Below are positions 28,637 through 37,845 of a stretch of 64,000 nt of DNA, piece by piece. The stretch is taken from positions 288,001 through 352,000 of the forward strand of contig CAXXJJ010000004.1 of assembly GCA_963667015.2 (NCBI GenBank), in the 5' to 3' direction. The DNA comes from Desulfatiglandales bacterium. GTDB taxonomy: Bacteria; Desulfobacterota; DSM-4660; Desulfatiglandales; HGW-15. A program made the translations under genes and the position numbers. The notes beneath the pieces were generated by a model that saw only the letters and a program-made list of their open reading frames with translations, did no database searches and was not told the DNA's origin. How positions within the stretch are numbered: the stretch's first letter is position 1; each line of letters begins with the position of its first letter.

Positions 28637-29452
28637 ATGCCGGACATACTCCCACCCACTATAGTATTGGGTGTCTGTCTCCTCCATAAGTGTAATTTCA
28701 ATTGCCCTCACTGCGGGTATCTATATACCTGTGATTCCGATGATAATGAGTTAAGGCCCGGTTATCGTCTCTCATGGGAACAGATCCAGCGATTGATTGC
28801 CGACTGTAAAAGTATTAAAAACGAAAGATTAGGATTTATAATTAATGGTGGTGAACCAACCCTCTGGGAAGATGGAGATATTAAATTTATAGACCTTCTG
28901 ATTGCAATTGCTGAAGAGGGTATTAGTCCTGGCTTTAATACAAACGGGAGCTATTTTACAGATTATAACCAGTGCCATGATTTTTTTCATCAATATGCGG
29001 ATAAAGGAAAGATGCCGCTTATAGCTGCTTTAAGCGTAGATAAATATCATGGTAACTATGATCATGAAAAGGGCAGGGCAGACAATCTTGACAATATCGT
29101 AAAGGTTCTGGGTGAAATGCCTGTCGAAAAAAGGTCGATGCATTGCATCCAGGTTGTCTCGATAGTGTCAACTGATCCTGACTCCCACCTGCCTGATAAA
29201 ATGAAGGACTATTATGAGAAAAAGGAAATAGTCTTTGATGAATACCCACTGCAGCCTATAGGAAGGGCAAAGAATCTTATGGATGAAATGCCTGACTCGG
29301 AAGAATTTTTTAAGAACCAGCCCCCCGTGAAAGGATATATTAAAATGCCTTTAGCAACACTTATCGGTGAAAATTATATAAGAAGAGGAACAAAATTGGA
29401 AAAGCTCGGAAACCTCAGGGACCTCATAAAAAAATTTAAAGAGAAGGAATAA
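28637..29452 (+). CDS. Radical SAM protein
   Basis: CNFNCPHC, GGEPTL, NTNG, SVDKYH. Confidence 0.9.
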   Translation: MPDILPPTIVLGVCLLHKCNFNCPHCGYLYTCDSDDNELRPGYRLSWEQIQRLIADCKSIKNERLGFIINGGEPTLWEDGDIKFIDLLIAIAEEGISPGFNTNGSYFTDYNQCHDFFHQYADKGKMPLIAALSVDKYHGNYDHEKGRADNLDNIVKVLGEMPVEKRSMHCIQVVSIVSTDPDSHLPDKMKDYYEKKEIVFDEYPLQPIGRAKNLMDEMPDSEEFFKNQPPVKGYIKMPLATLIGENYIRRGTKLEKLGNLRDLIKKFKEKE

Positions 29453-29453
29453 A

Positions 29454-29665
29454 ATGAAATTATGTTTTCCTGTTAAAATTGATAATGGTTTGGAGAGTAT
29501 TGTATTCAATCATTTCGGATCTTCGCCGCTGTTTGTTCTTTTTGATACAGAAACTAATGAAACAGGCGTGATAAATAACCAGGACCTGGGTCATACACTG
29601 TATGCGTAATCCCTTTTAAGCCCTGAACGGCAAAATAGTAGATCCAATTAGTCGGAGGTATTGAG
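29454..29665 (+). pseudogene. Degraded NifB/NifX family (FeMo cofactor-binding domain) gene
   Basis: MKLCFPV...VFNHFGSSPLFVLFD, then a frameshift and stops; ALNGKIVD and GGI remnants in other frames. Confidence 0.75.
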
Positions 29666-29677
29666 CTTCTATTTTAT

Positions 29678-29712
29678 CACCCTCTCCCAACCTCTCCCGT
29701 CAAGGGGAGGAG
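29678..29712. repeat. CCCTCTCCC...GGGGAGG-type palindromic repeat
   Basis: CACCCTCTCCCAACCTCTCCCGTCAAGGGGAGGAG; related element at 37745-37790. Confidence 0.65.
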
Positions 29713-29770
29713 TTGTGTTTATGGATAGGCACTAATTAAACAACATTGGGCTTTATATTTCACCATATGT

Positions 29771-30529
29771 CTATTTCCTCAACGACGCCTTTGAAAATAC
29801 ATACTCCGGAATTTTCTTATTAAACTCGATCTCCTCAATAATAAACTCTGTTCCCTTTCCGGTTTTAAGCATATCCTTGAATACCATCCTTCTGGGAAAC
29901 CATCGGCCATCAATTTCTGTTACATCCCTGAGTTCCAGCTTTTTAAGGAGTTTCCCGCTTTTTGCAAATAATTCCTCCTTCAGGGGTACCCATCTTTCCT
30001 TATCTACCCATAGTTTCATTTTATGATAGGCAACATCATCGGTGATTGCTGTTAATTCCACAATCCAGCAATCTCTTTCATCAATTGCCTCTGATGTTTC
30101 AACAACAGCGATATACTTGTTCCTTAACCGTGAATCCTCCATCATGTCTTCATAGGAGAGATCAGAGCCCATAACAGACTGCCTTAGCATATGACCCGAT
30201 ATCTGGATGATCCTGTCTGTTGAAGGTGAATAAATCCACAGTTTGTCTTCAAGCTTCAGCATCTTTGTGCCTTTTTCACGGGCAGGGGACAGGTACTCCG
30301 AGAATGTTTTTGTTTCTCCCTCACTCCAGGATTTGGACACTACTGTCCTGCTTCCGCGACGCCCGTGGATTAACATCCTTGAGGTAATAATCTGTGTGTC
30401 TGAAGACATATTCATGTCTATTTTTTTTAAAATATCGTCACCGGAGGGCGGTTGTGCAGAGAAATTAAAAGATGATCCCAGTAACAGGGCTAATATAAAA
30501 ATGATTTTATTGAGTTGTGATTTTATCAT
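29771..30529 (-). CDS. Outer membrane lipoprotein-sorting (LolA-like) protein
   Basis: SPAREKGTKMLK, QSVMGSDLSYED, FSKASL. Confidence 0.88.
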   Translation of the reverse strand: MIKSQLNKIIFILALLLGSSFNFSAQPPSGDDILKKIDMNMSSDTQIITSRMLIHGRRGSRTVVSKSWSEGETKTFSEYLSPAREKGTKMLKLEDKLWIYSPSTDRIIQISGHMLRQSVMGSDLSYEDMMEDSRLRNKYIAVVETSEAIDERDCWIVELTAITDDVAYHKMKLWVDKERWVPLKEELFAKSGKLLKKLELRDVTEIDGRWFPRRMVFKDMLKTGKGTEFIIEEIEFNKKIPEYVFSKASLRK

Positions 30530-30585
30530 AATTTATTCCTTGTTATTATACCGTAGAGACTGTTATTAAACCTGTCTCTTAAATT

Positions 30586-31881
30586 TTAAACCTCCAGTTC
30601 CTTGAATAACTGCGAAGTCTGCCTTCTGTAAATGCCCACTCCGGCAAACATTGTCCCAATAACAGATGCAAAGATTCCGGGGATAAACCCAATGAAATAA
30701 CTGGTTTCAGTTACTTTTGCTCTGAAAACCGTTGACATTACTATTGTATATTTCTGCATCATACTGCCGAAATCCAGACCAACATTCTGCATCCAGTATG
30801 ATATTCCCAGTCCGGCCGCTGTACCTATAATCGAGCCAGCTATACCGATACAGATGGATTCCAGGATCATGGCGCGGTAGATCTCTCCCTTTGGTTCACC
30901 CATGGCCAGTCTTATTCCTATCTCTCCATACCGTCTTATGCCGTTCATCAATCCGGAATTCCATAATACAATGGACATTGCAAAGACAAATATGCCGGCT
31001 ATGATGCTCATTATTGTATTTGTTACAGAGAGCATTAGTTCAAGTATTCCCTGTTCCCCGAGCCGCCTGGCGATTGGAGTGAATTCTTTTTCACTTTGCT
31101 GCGGGTTCTGCATGTCAATTCCAAATACCTTATTAAGTGATATGATTTTACTTTTCATTTCTTCATCATCATAAACCATATCCTTCCTGAATCCCAGTAT
31201 TTCACCGGCCCCGTCATCCATATCCAGGGCATCTCTTATGTCCCTGATATCTGCGATAATGGTTGTGCGATCCAGTGTAGTCATTCCGAATTGAACCATT
31301 CCGACAATTTTAAAATTGTGCATGGACATACTGCCATACATGGTTGAAGCCATAAGGGTTGCACTGTCTCCTATGGTTACTCCTAGATTTTTTGCATAGG
31401 TTTCACTTATCAGGATTTCATTTTTGCTTTTAGGCAATGATCCCTTTGTAATGGCCTTTTTCAGGTTCAGGATTGAAATTTCAGGAGATTCCGGATCAAT
31501 TAGATTGATGCCAAATCCGAGAACCGGTCCCTGTGCCTTTGTCTCACCTTTTTTATCCGGGATATCAATAAGACCACCGAATTTTATTCGCGAGGTCCAT
31601 ATCATATCCGGATAATTTGTTTTCAACATTTTCAATATTTTGCTTATATCCAAAAGGGCCAGGTCATTGGGCATCTGATCTGCAAATTCACTGTAGGCCC
31701 TGGTCATTATCCTTATGTGCCCTGTTTCAAACCTGGCATTTGAATCTACCATGTCAGAAACTGCACCCTGGATAACACTGTAGAGTATTACTGTAAGAAA
31801 TACACCTGAGCTTACCATCAATACCGGAAACAGGCTTCTTGATCGATCTCTCATGAGTCCTTTTATTAAAAATCTGATCAT
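30586..31881 (-). CDS. ABC transporter permease, FtsX/LolE-like
   Basis: RRYGEIGIRLAMG; four-TM MacB/FtsX layout. Confidence 0.9.
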   Translation of the reverse strand: MIRFLIKGLMRDRSRSLFPVLMVSSGVFLTVILYSVIQGAVSDMVDSNARFETGHIRIMTRAYSEFADQMPNDLALLDISKILKMLKTNYPDMIWTSRIKFGGLIDIPDKKGETKAQGPVLGFGINLIDPESPEISILNLKKAITKGSLPKSKNEILISETYAKNLGVTIGDSATLMASTMYGSMSMHNFKIVGMVQFGMTTLDRTTIIADIRDIRDALDMDDGAGEILGFRKDMVYDDEEMKSKIISLNKVFGIDMQNPQQSEKEFTPIARRLGEQGILELMLSVTNTIMSIIAGIFVFAMSIVLWNSGLMNGIRRYGEIGIRLAMGEPKGEIYRAMILESICIGIAGSIIGTAAGLGISYWMQNVGLDFGSMMQKYTIVMSTVFRAKVTETSYFIGFIPGIFASVIGTMFAGVGIYRRQTSQLFKELEV

Positions 31882-33056
31882 GAAATTTTTCCTCTTAATG
31901 CCTCTGTTGGTTTCATACCTGATATTTTTCGGCTTGGCATATAGCTTACAATAGTAACTGTAATCATTATAATCAGGATAGTTCCGCCTATAAGCAGCGG
32001 GGAATATGCCGGAAACATTCTGGACGCAAATATAAATCCGAACTCCTCCTCTGCATTGAGAGTTTCGGGCAGGGGGATGCCTGTTTTTGCAGATAATAAC
32101 AGCACCGGAATCCCGTATATGGCACCTATCACAATACCAAGAATTCCATGCATGGCGCCCTCGAGCGTAAAGAGCCCTATAACCTTTGAGCGAACCATAC
32201 CCAGTGCCATAAGGGTTCCGATCTCTTTTCGTCTTCGGAATATGGCAAGCACCTGTGTGTCAAATATGGCAAGCATGGAAAGAAACAGGAGAATTGTATA
32301 AAGCACGGCTCCACCTATCCTCTTGGAGTTGATCATATCGTTAAAGTCTTTAAGAAGATAACCATGGTCTCTGAAAATCCATCCATCAGGATCTTCGGGT
32401 CTTTTTGTATTATTTCCGATTGTAATTATCGTGGCTTCATCCTCAAGTCCGAACATCTGCTGTACCTTGTCCAGTGGAAGCCATAGTTGACCAGCATCCA
32501 GTGAAGGGACAATCGTATCCATTATTTCAATAATCTCTCCATCCCCTGCGTCAAAGGTCCCGTTTTTATCCCTCCATCTTATTGTAATGGGATCTCCTAT
32601 CCTGAAGCCATTCTTTTTTGCCATCAGTTTGCCTATCATCACAGGAAAGGCAGTATCATCATCAAGTTTTTTTGTCGGGATGTTCATGACCTCCTGCTCA
32701 GGCGGTATCCCTTTAATCATCACTATCTGCATTCGACCTTCAGGGTAGATTGTTCCCTGCCTGATAAGAATGGGTACTGCCTGTTTATCATCAATCAACG
32801 CCCTGAGTGTATCCGGGATTTTTCTGTGGATTGAGTCAAGGGCAAGGGGATCATATGGATCGTATTCACTTACCCAGTATTGCCCACCGGCTATTTCATC
32901 TTTTATATATTCCCGTGAGGCCATCCTTTGAACACCGGAGAAGAGTCCCTGATGCCAGATTATAAGTACATATGTAAAAGAAAGCACAAATACATTAAGC
33001 CAGGTACGTAAGCCCGCACCAACGAGGTTTCGGTATGCCAATCTTAATGTTATCAT
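31878..33056 (-). CDS. ABC transporter permease, FtsX/LolE-like
   Basis: LAYRNL, RRRKEIGTLMALG, PTEALR; start set at ATG 33056 after GAGG. Confidence 0.9.
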   Translation of the reverse strand: MITLRLAYRNLVGAGLRTWLNVFVLSFTYVLIIWHQGLFSGVQRMASREYIKDEIAGGQYWVSEYDPYDPLALDSIHRKIPDTLRALIDDKQAVPILIRQGTIYPEGRMQIVMIKGIPPEQEVMNIPTKKLDDDTAFPVMIGKLMAKKNGFRIGDPITIRWRDKNGTFDAGDGEIIEIMDTIVPSLDAGQLWLPLDKVQQMFGLEDEATIITIGNNTKRPEDPDGWIFRDHGYLLKDFNDMINSKRIGGAVLYTILLFLSMLAIFDTQVLAIFRRRKEIGTLMALGMVRSKVIGLFTLEGAMHGILGIVIGAIYGIPVLLLSAKTGIPLPETLNAEEEFGFIFASRMFPAYSPLLIGGTILIIMITVTIVSYMPSRKISGMKPTEALRGKIS

Positions 33057-33069
33057 TTTTCTTACCTCT

Positions 33070-33768
33070 TTATTGTGAGACAATCCTGTCGTCAGCCACT
33101 TTGCCGTCTTCAAGGGTTATAATTCTGCGAAGGTACCTGATTACCTTTTCATCATGGGTGGCAAATATGAAGGACGTGTCCAGTTCCCTGTTAAGGTTTA
33201 CCATTGTTTTAAGTATATTATGGGAGTTTTTGGCATCCAGGTTGGCTGTTGGCTCGTCAGCAATTACAATCTTTGGTTTTTTCACCATAGCCCTTGCAAT
33301 GGCTACACGCTGACACTCTCCGCCGGAAAGCAGTGCAGGTTTTGAATCAACCTTGTCAAGCAGTCCTACCCATTCGAGCGCTGCCATAATTGCTTCTCTT
33401 CTTTCTTCTGCAGGCATCTTTAAAAGCAGTAAAGGAAATTCGACATTCTCATAAACCGTATAAACCGGAAGAAGGTTGTAGGTCTGAAAAATAAATCCAT
33501 AATGTTCATTCCTTAACCTTGCTGCCTCTTTTTGCCCAAGCTCACCCACAGACTGTCCCAGCACAATAGCCTCCCCCTCGGATGGGACATCAAGAGTTCC
33601 TATTATATTGAGAAGGGTAGTTTTGCCTGAACCGCTTGGGCCAACAAGGCCTGTGAACTCACCCTTGCCTATGGTGAGATTGATATCGTCAAGGGCTGTG
33701 AACCTGCCTTCTCCAACCGGAAAATGTTTTTTTAGGTTTCGGGTTTTAATGAGAATTTCATTTTCCAT
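33070..33768 (-). CDS. ABC transporter ATP-binding protein (LolD-like)
   Basis: GPSGSGKT, LSGGECQR, IADEPTANLD. Confidence 0.95.
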   Translation of the reverse strand: MENEILIKTRNLKKHFPVGEGRFTALDDINLTIGKGEFTGLVGPSGSGKTTLLNIIGTLDVPSEGEAIVLGQSVGELGQKEAARLRNEHYGFIFQTYNLLPVYTVYENVEFPLLLLKMPAEERREAIMAALEWVGLLDKVDSKPALLSGGECQRVAIARAMVKKPKIVIADEPTANLDAKNSHNILKTMVNLNRELDTSFIFATHDEKVIRYLRRIITLEDGKVADDRIVSQ

Positions 33769-33777
33769 TTTTAGCTC

Positions 33778-35058
33778 CTAATGATTATAAATCAGCATAA
33801 TCTGTAGCCCGCGTCCGCCCATGAAGGTTCTTTGAGTCTGGCCGTTAATATTAAAAGATGTTTCAGGATAATTAAACAGGCTGACATTCAATATGAAATT
33901 ATCATAGGTTCTCATCCAGCTGATGTGCTGGCTGAATTTATCATCTTCCCATGAGTAATACCCTATGGCTGAGATACTGTCCATGATGCCCAGAGAGTAA
34001 CTCATCTGAAACGCAGTTACGTGGTAGTCATTCTGCCATTTAATCATTTTTTCTGATACAGCGGTTGCCATGTGCTCTGCAAGAAAGTAGAGCCCGCTTC
34101 CAATTTCAAATGTGTAATCCGCTCCGATACTAATTCTCTTTGTCCACTTATAAGGAAGATAATCTGTTTTCTGTTCCTGGAACAGGCTTTCAAACCATAA
34201 TCCGATCCCCACATCCCATCTACCGTCCAGGGCATAACGATTTTCCCTGAATTCGGGGATATTAAAATCTGTACTGTCTACAATCCGCCTATGAAATGTG
34301 AATCCCATATCACCGGATAGAATAGGGGTCTGTATGCGTCCTCCTGTTTCTATATCGTTTGATGTCGACGGAAAAATCTCATAACCCTTGGGGTCATCAT
34401 TGCCATAAAGGCACCATACCCAGAAATTTGAGTTATCCTGGGCAACATACCGAAATCTGAGTGCATAAACTCCGTCAGTAAGTTGAAGGGGGTCCACCGG
34501 GTCAAGTCGATCAAACCATTTTAGTGGCCTTAAAATAACTCCCGGTCCGAAGTTAATTTTCTGTAGCCCCATGCGTGTCTCAGTTCTGCTTGTTGTATAG
34601 CGTATATCAGCCCTGTAAAGATCTATGTCACTATTATCAACATATGGGCCGGATCCGGTTGATGAAAAAATGTTAAGAGATATCTCTGAATCAATGGTTC
34701 TATCATTATCAAGCTGATGTGAGATATCAATGTCTGGAATATAACGAATACCCGCACTTTCTTCCCAGTTATCGTTTATTTCCGATTCAATCAACCAGCC
34801 TGAGAGCTGACCTTCGAGGTCATATCCAAGGCCGTGGGCAGTTGTGATGAAACATACAAGTAGAATAGAGAAAATAGAAAACAGGAAACAGACCGATACT
34901 GGATACCTGATGCCCCGAACGCTGCATCGGGATCTTCGACTGGATCCTGGATATTTTTTTAAAGAGAAGTATTTTCCGGTATCTAGAGACCAGTATCCAG
35001 TATCTGTTTTTTGTGTATCCAGTATCAGATTTTTTAAATGTATCCAGTGAATCGCCAT
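33778..35058 (-). CDS. Putative outer-membrane/secreted protein of the ABC operon; start uncertain
   Basis: Hydrophobic stretch ending AHG; GLQKINFG, DRLDPVDPLQLTDGV; N-terminal ~55 codons overlap 7-mer arrays. Confidence 0.75.
   Translation of the reverse strand: MAIHWIHLKNLILDTQKTDTGYWSLDTGKYFSLKKYPGSSRRSRCSVRGIRYPVSVCFLFSIFSILLVCFITTAHGLGYDLEGQLSGWLIESEINDNWEESAGIRYIPDIDISHQLDNDRTIDSEISLNIFSSTGSGPYVDNSDIDLYRADIRYTTSRTETRMGLQKINFGPGVILRPLKWFDRLDPVDPLQLTDGVYALRFRYVAQDNSNFWVWCLYGNDDPKGYEIFPSTSNDIETGGRIQTPILSGDMGFTFHRRIVDSTDFNIPEFRENRYALDGRWDVGIGLWFESLFQEQKTDYLPYKWTKRISIGADYTFEIGSGLYFLAEHMATAVSEKMIKWQNDYHVTAFQMSYSLGIMDSISAIGYYSWEDDKFSQHISWMRTYDNFILNVSLFNYPETSFNINGQTQRTFMGGRGLQIMLIYNH
34895..35047. 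repeat. 7-bp-period inverted arrays (GATACTG / CAGTATC)
   Basis: GATACTGGATAC, GACTGGATCCTGGATA versus CAGTATCCAGTATC, GTATCCAGTATC. Confidence 0.8.
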
Positions 35059-35069
35059 GCTGTAGTCAG

Positions 35070-36320
35070 TTATTCAATTATTGTCTTATATAATTCTTCT
35101 TTAAAATCTTCTTTTTGCATTTGATTACCAATTTTTTCACTTTTCTCTTTAAAACTTTTATTGTTAAGTAATTCTAAAATTTTCGGTTCGAGATTTTTAT
35201 TGTTTATTTGATTTATTTTAATACCTTTTGGTCCGACTCCCATTTCCGAAATCATTTTATCCCAGACAAACTGATCAACAATATGCGGTATTATCATTGA
35301 TGCGCAGCCGTATTTAATTGCTAGTTGTGTTGTTCCTGAACCACCGTGATGAATAACTGCATACACTTTGGGGAAAATCCAATCATAAGGAATTTGCGAT
35401 ACAAAATAGATCAGGTCTGAATTGAATTCATGGGGTTTAACTAAACCGCCGGATGCAGTATTTATGACAGCCGGTATTTTATTCCGCTCAAGAATTTCAA
35501 TAATTATTTTAGTTTTCAGTTCGGGCTCAGGATTAAGCATTGAGCCAAAGGTGATAAAAAATATTTTTTCATGTTGTTCAATGAAGTCGGTCAGTTTTTT
35601 TTCGGGTTTCCAATCTGTCTTTCTCTTTAATTCCTGATGTCCTAAAATTTTAATATTGTTATTCCAGTAATCTGGTCGCTGCAGTAAATCTGGCGAAATT
35701 GCGTAAATAAATTTTCTGTTGTGAATTACGTTTATTAGCTGCTTTATGGTGATTTTATCCCTGATTCGCAGCATTTTTTTAAACATAAGAGTTGCTGCTA
35801 AAGCCCCAAAATCATAAAGTTTAAATGAAAGTTTATTTAAAACATCACTATAATCTCTGCCTGAAATAAATGCATGTCCTTTTATGTAATGAAAATATGG
35901 GAAAGGACTTATTAATATTGTTTTTCCTTTGTTTTTACATCCCCATATTACCGGGTAATAACTTTTTATATGATGGACTATTCTATCCGGTTTTTCCTGG
36001 TTAGTAAGTTCGTATAATTTAAGGTCTTTTTCTTTAAAAGCGCCTTTTTCATTACCTGCAAGTTTGAAAAGTTTAATCAAAGCAATGATTTTTTTAATTA
36101 CGGTCCCCCCCATAACTGTTCCGGCTACATCGCACTCAAATAAATCATCACCTTTTTTGCCAAGAGAAGCGAATTCCAGGTCACAGCTTTCGGTCAGCTC
36201 TCTATATCGTTCTGAAAATGCGCAAATAACCTGATGACCTTTTTCTTTTAGAAATTTTCCAATAGCTAAAAAAGGTTCAATATCTCCCCGTGTTCCTATT
36301 GATGTTAAAATTATTTTCAT
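35070..36320 (-). CDS. GT1/GT28-like glycosyltransferase (sterol-glucosyltransferase-like)
   Basis: SIGTRGDIEPF, ITFGSM, IHHGGSGTT, PHIVDQFVW; visibly AT-rich. Confidence 0.9.
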   Translation of the reverse strand: MKIILTSIGTRGDIEPFLAIGKFLKEKGHQVICAFSERYRELTESCDLEFASLGKKGDDLFECDVAGTVMGGTVIKKIIALIKLFKLAGNEKGAFKEKDLKLYELTNQEKPDRIVHHIKSYYPVIWGCKNKGKTILISPFPYFHYIKGHAFISGRDYSDVLNKLSFKLYDFGALAATLMFKKMLRIRDKITIKQLINVIHNRKFIYAISPDLLQRPDYWNNNIKILGHQELKRKTDWKPEKKLTDFIEQHEKIFFITFGSMLNPEPELKTKIIIEILERNKIPAVINTASGGLVKPHEFNSDLIYFVSQIPYDWIFPKVYAVIHHGGSGTTQLAIKYGCASMIIPHIVDQFVWDKMISEMGVGPKGIKINQINNKNLEPKILELLNNKSFKEKSEKIGNQMQKEDFKEELYKTIIE

Positions 36321-36400
36321 CAGCTATTCTCCTGATTAGTTACAGGATATTAAATAAAATTGATGCGCCATTATATTAAGCGAGTGTCGAGATGAGCCTG

Positions 36401-36427
36401 TATCCAGAATCCAGTAGCCAGTAACCA
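36401..36427. repeat. 7-bp-period array TATCCAG AATCCAG TAGCCAG TAACCA
   Basis: Seen directly; same unit as 34991-35047. Confidence 0.75.
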
Positions 36428-36440
36428 TTATCTGTTCTTC

Positions 36441-36737
36441 TCATCCTTTCAACCCCTTAATTAATTCTTCCATTTCTTCGAGGTAGTCGTTTAGAGCCTT
36501 TATGCCTTTTACTGTAATAGAAACTGCAGTATGTGGTTTGTTATCCCTGAAACTCTTGCTGATATTTATGTATTCCGCTTCATTCAGTTTCTTTAGCTGA
36601 ATTGATAAATTCCCAGGAGTAAAATCCAGCTTATCCTTAATATCATTAAAACTTACTTCTATATCCTTGTTACTGGCGAGATGCGTAAGGATTAAAAGCC
36701 TGGAACGCTCGTGAATTATTTTATTAAGTTCCGGCAC
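36441..36737 (-). CDS. Winged-helix transcriptional regulator (ArsR/MarR-like)
   Basis: IIHERSRLLIL, TPGNLSIQLKKL, ITVKG. Confidence 0.88.
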   Translation of the reverse strand: MPELNKIIHERSRLLILTHLASNKDIEVSFNDIKDKLDFTPGNLSIQLKKLNEAEYINISKSFRDNKPHTAVSITVKGIKALNDYLEEMEELIKGLKG

Positions 36738-36742
36738 CTTCT

Positions 36743-37414
36743 TTATTCTACCTTTCCTGATTTTTGATCAATATACCCTAAGATTCCAGAAATGGTAAAA
36801 CCTATCCCGAAGGATAAAAAAACAGCAACAGTTACCGGTATTGTATTGAATATCAGAAGTAGAATTCCAGTAATAAAAAACCAGTACCCCGTGACGAGGG
36901 CGTATTTGGTATGGAGCATTGATGCTGCCATACCTAAAAGGCCTAACCATATAGCAATAGAGGGGATAATAAAATAGGGAATCCCTTTGTAAATGTAGAA
37001 CATAATCAGAAATAAGATAAGAAATATACTAGATAAATAGATGTGTATAAATCGATCAGAAAAGAGCTCCTTATAAAACCAGCTGAGAGTGAGGCTTGAG
37101 TCAATCTTTTTTACAGAACTCCGGTAGAGCCCCTGTTTCATTATTGAAAGGATAAGGTTTACGATACCCATAGCGGTATATACTATCCATTTGAGATTCA
37201 GCGGAATAGCGCTATGAGATCCGTAATTATTAATAAGAAAATAGAGTAGAAGAGAAAAAAAGGAAATCCCTATCCCGAAAAGAAGCATAAGAAGTCTGAA
37301 ATGCACAGGGTTGGCTACCTGCTGAATTATAGACTTATTTCTATTGATTACCTCTTTAACAGAGGCAATATCTTCAAGAAGTTTTTCCACCTGTTCATTA
37401 TCTATAGTTTTCAT
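36743..37414 (-). CDS. Hypothetical integral membrane protein
   Basis: About six hydrophobic segments; LLEDIASVKEVI N-terminus; RBS GGAG. Confidence 0.8.
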   Translation of the reverse strand: MKTIDNEQVEKLLEDIASVKEVINRNKSIIQQVANPVHFRLLMLLFGIGISFFSLLLYFLINNYGSHSAIPLNLKWIVYTAMGIVNLILSIMKQGLYRSSVKKIDSSLTLSWFYKELFSDRFIHIYLSSIFLILFLIMFYIYKGIPYFIIPSIAIWLGLLGMAASMLHTKYALVTGYWFFITGILLLIFNTIPVTVAVFLSFGIGFTISGILGYIDQKSGKVE

Positions 37415-37432
37415 TTTTATTTTTCTCCTGCG

Positions 37433-37476
37433 TATAAACTAGTTTATAATATAAAGTAGTTTATTATGAAAGTCAA
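37433..37476 (-). promoter_or_regulatory. Sigma-70 promoter with operator repeats
   Basis: Minus strand TTGACT-17 bp-TATATT; perfect palindrome TATAAACTAGTTTATA (37433-37448) and tandem TAGTTTAT..AAAG repeats. Confidence 0.7.
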
Positions 37477-37489
37477 CATTATTATTTAT

Positions 37490-37729
37490 CTGGTTCCCAT
37501 GGTCCCCGTGGGAACTTTTTCTTTTTACGCTCTGCGTAAATAATTGAAGAATTGATACACCGCATGCTGATAAAAATGAGTTGCAAAAGAAACTGTCAAT
37601 TCTCAGAAAACAGTTATCAATCGACAGAGTAATAGGTCGTTTGACGAAAGGATTTGTTATTGAAAGATGGAGAATACTGTTTCTCAGAGCATCAAAAAAA
37701 ATGTTCCCAGGGAGACCCTGGGAACGAGA
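37490..37729. repeat. Inverted pair of REP family A copies (REPIN-like)
   Basis: GTTCCCATGGTCCCCGTGGGAAC...ACGCTCTGCGT (37490-37537) and CAGAGCATC...GTTCCCAGGGAGACCCTGGGAACGAG (37683-37729). Confidence 0.8.
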
Positions 37730-37730
37730 G

Positions 37731-37800
37731 ATTGATTTAAAAAATCCCTCCCCTGGAAGGGAGGCTCCGGGGGAGGGGAGGAGGAGTTTTTAAAATCAAT
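37731..37800. repeat. Palindromic element with CCCTCCCC/GGGAGG core
   Basis: ATTGATTTAAAAAATCC ... GGAGTTTTTAAAATCAAT outer arms. Confidence 0.65.
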
Positions 37801-37845
37801 TACAGGTTTGATACTCCACCTCAATGAGATTTAGGTAAAATTATA

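Noticed and set aside
37581..37793. Small intergenic ORFs (also 42383-42595, 43900-44112, 54488-54727, 60109-60444)
   Set aside because: They are translations of repeat elements with no RBS or recognisable domain
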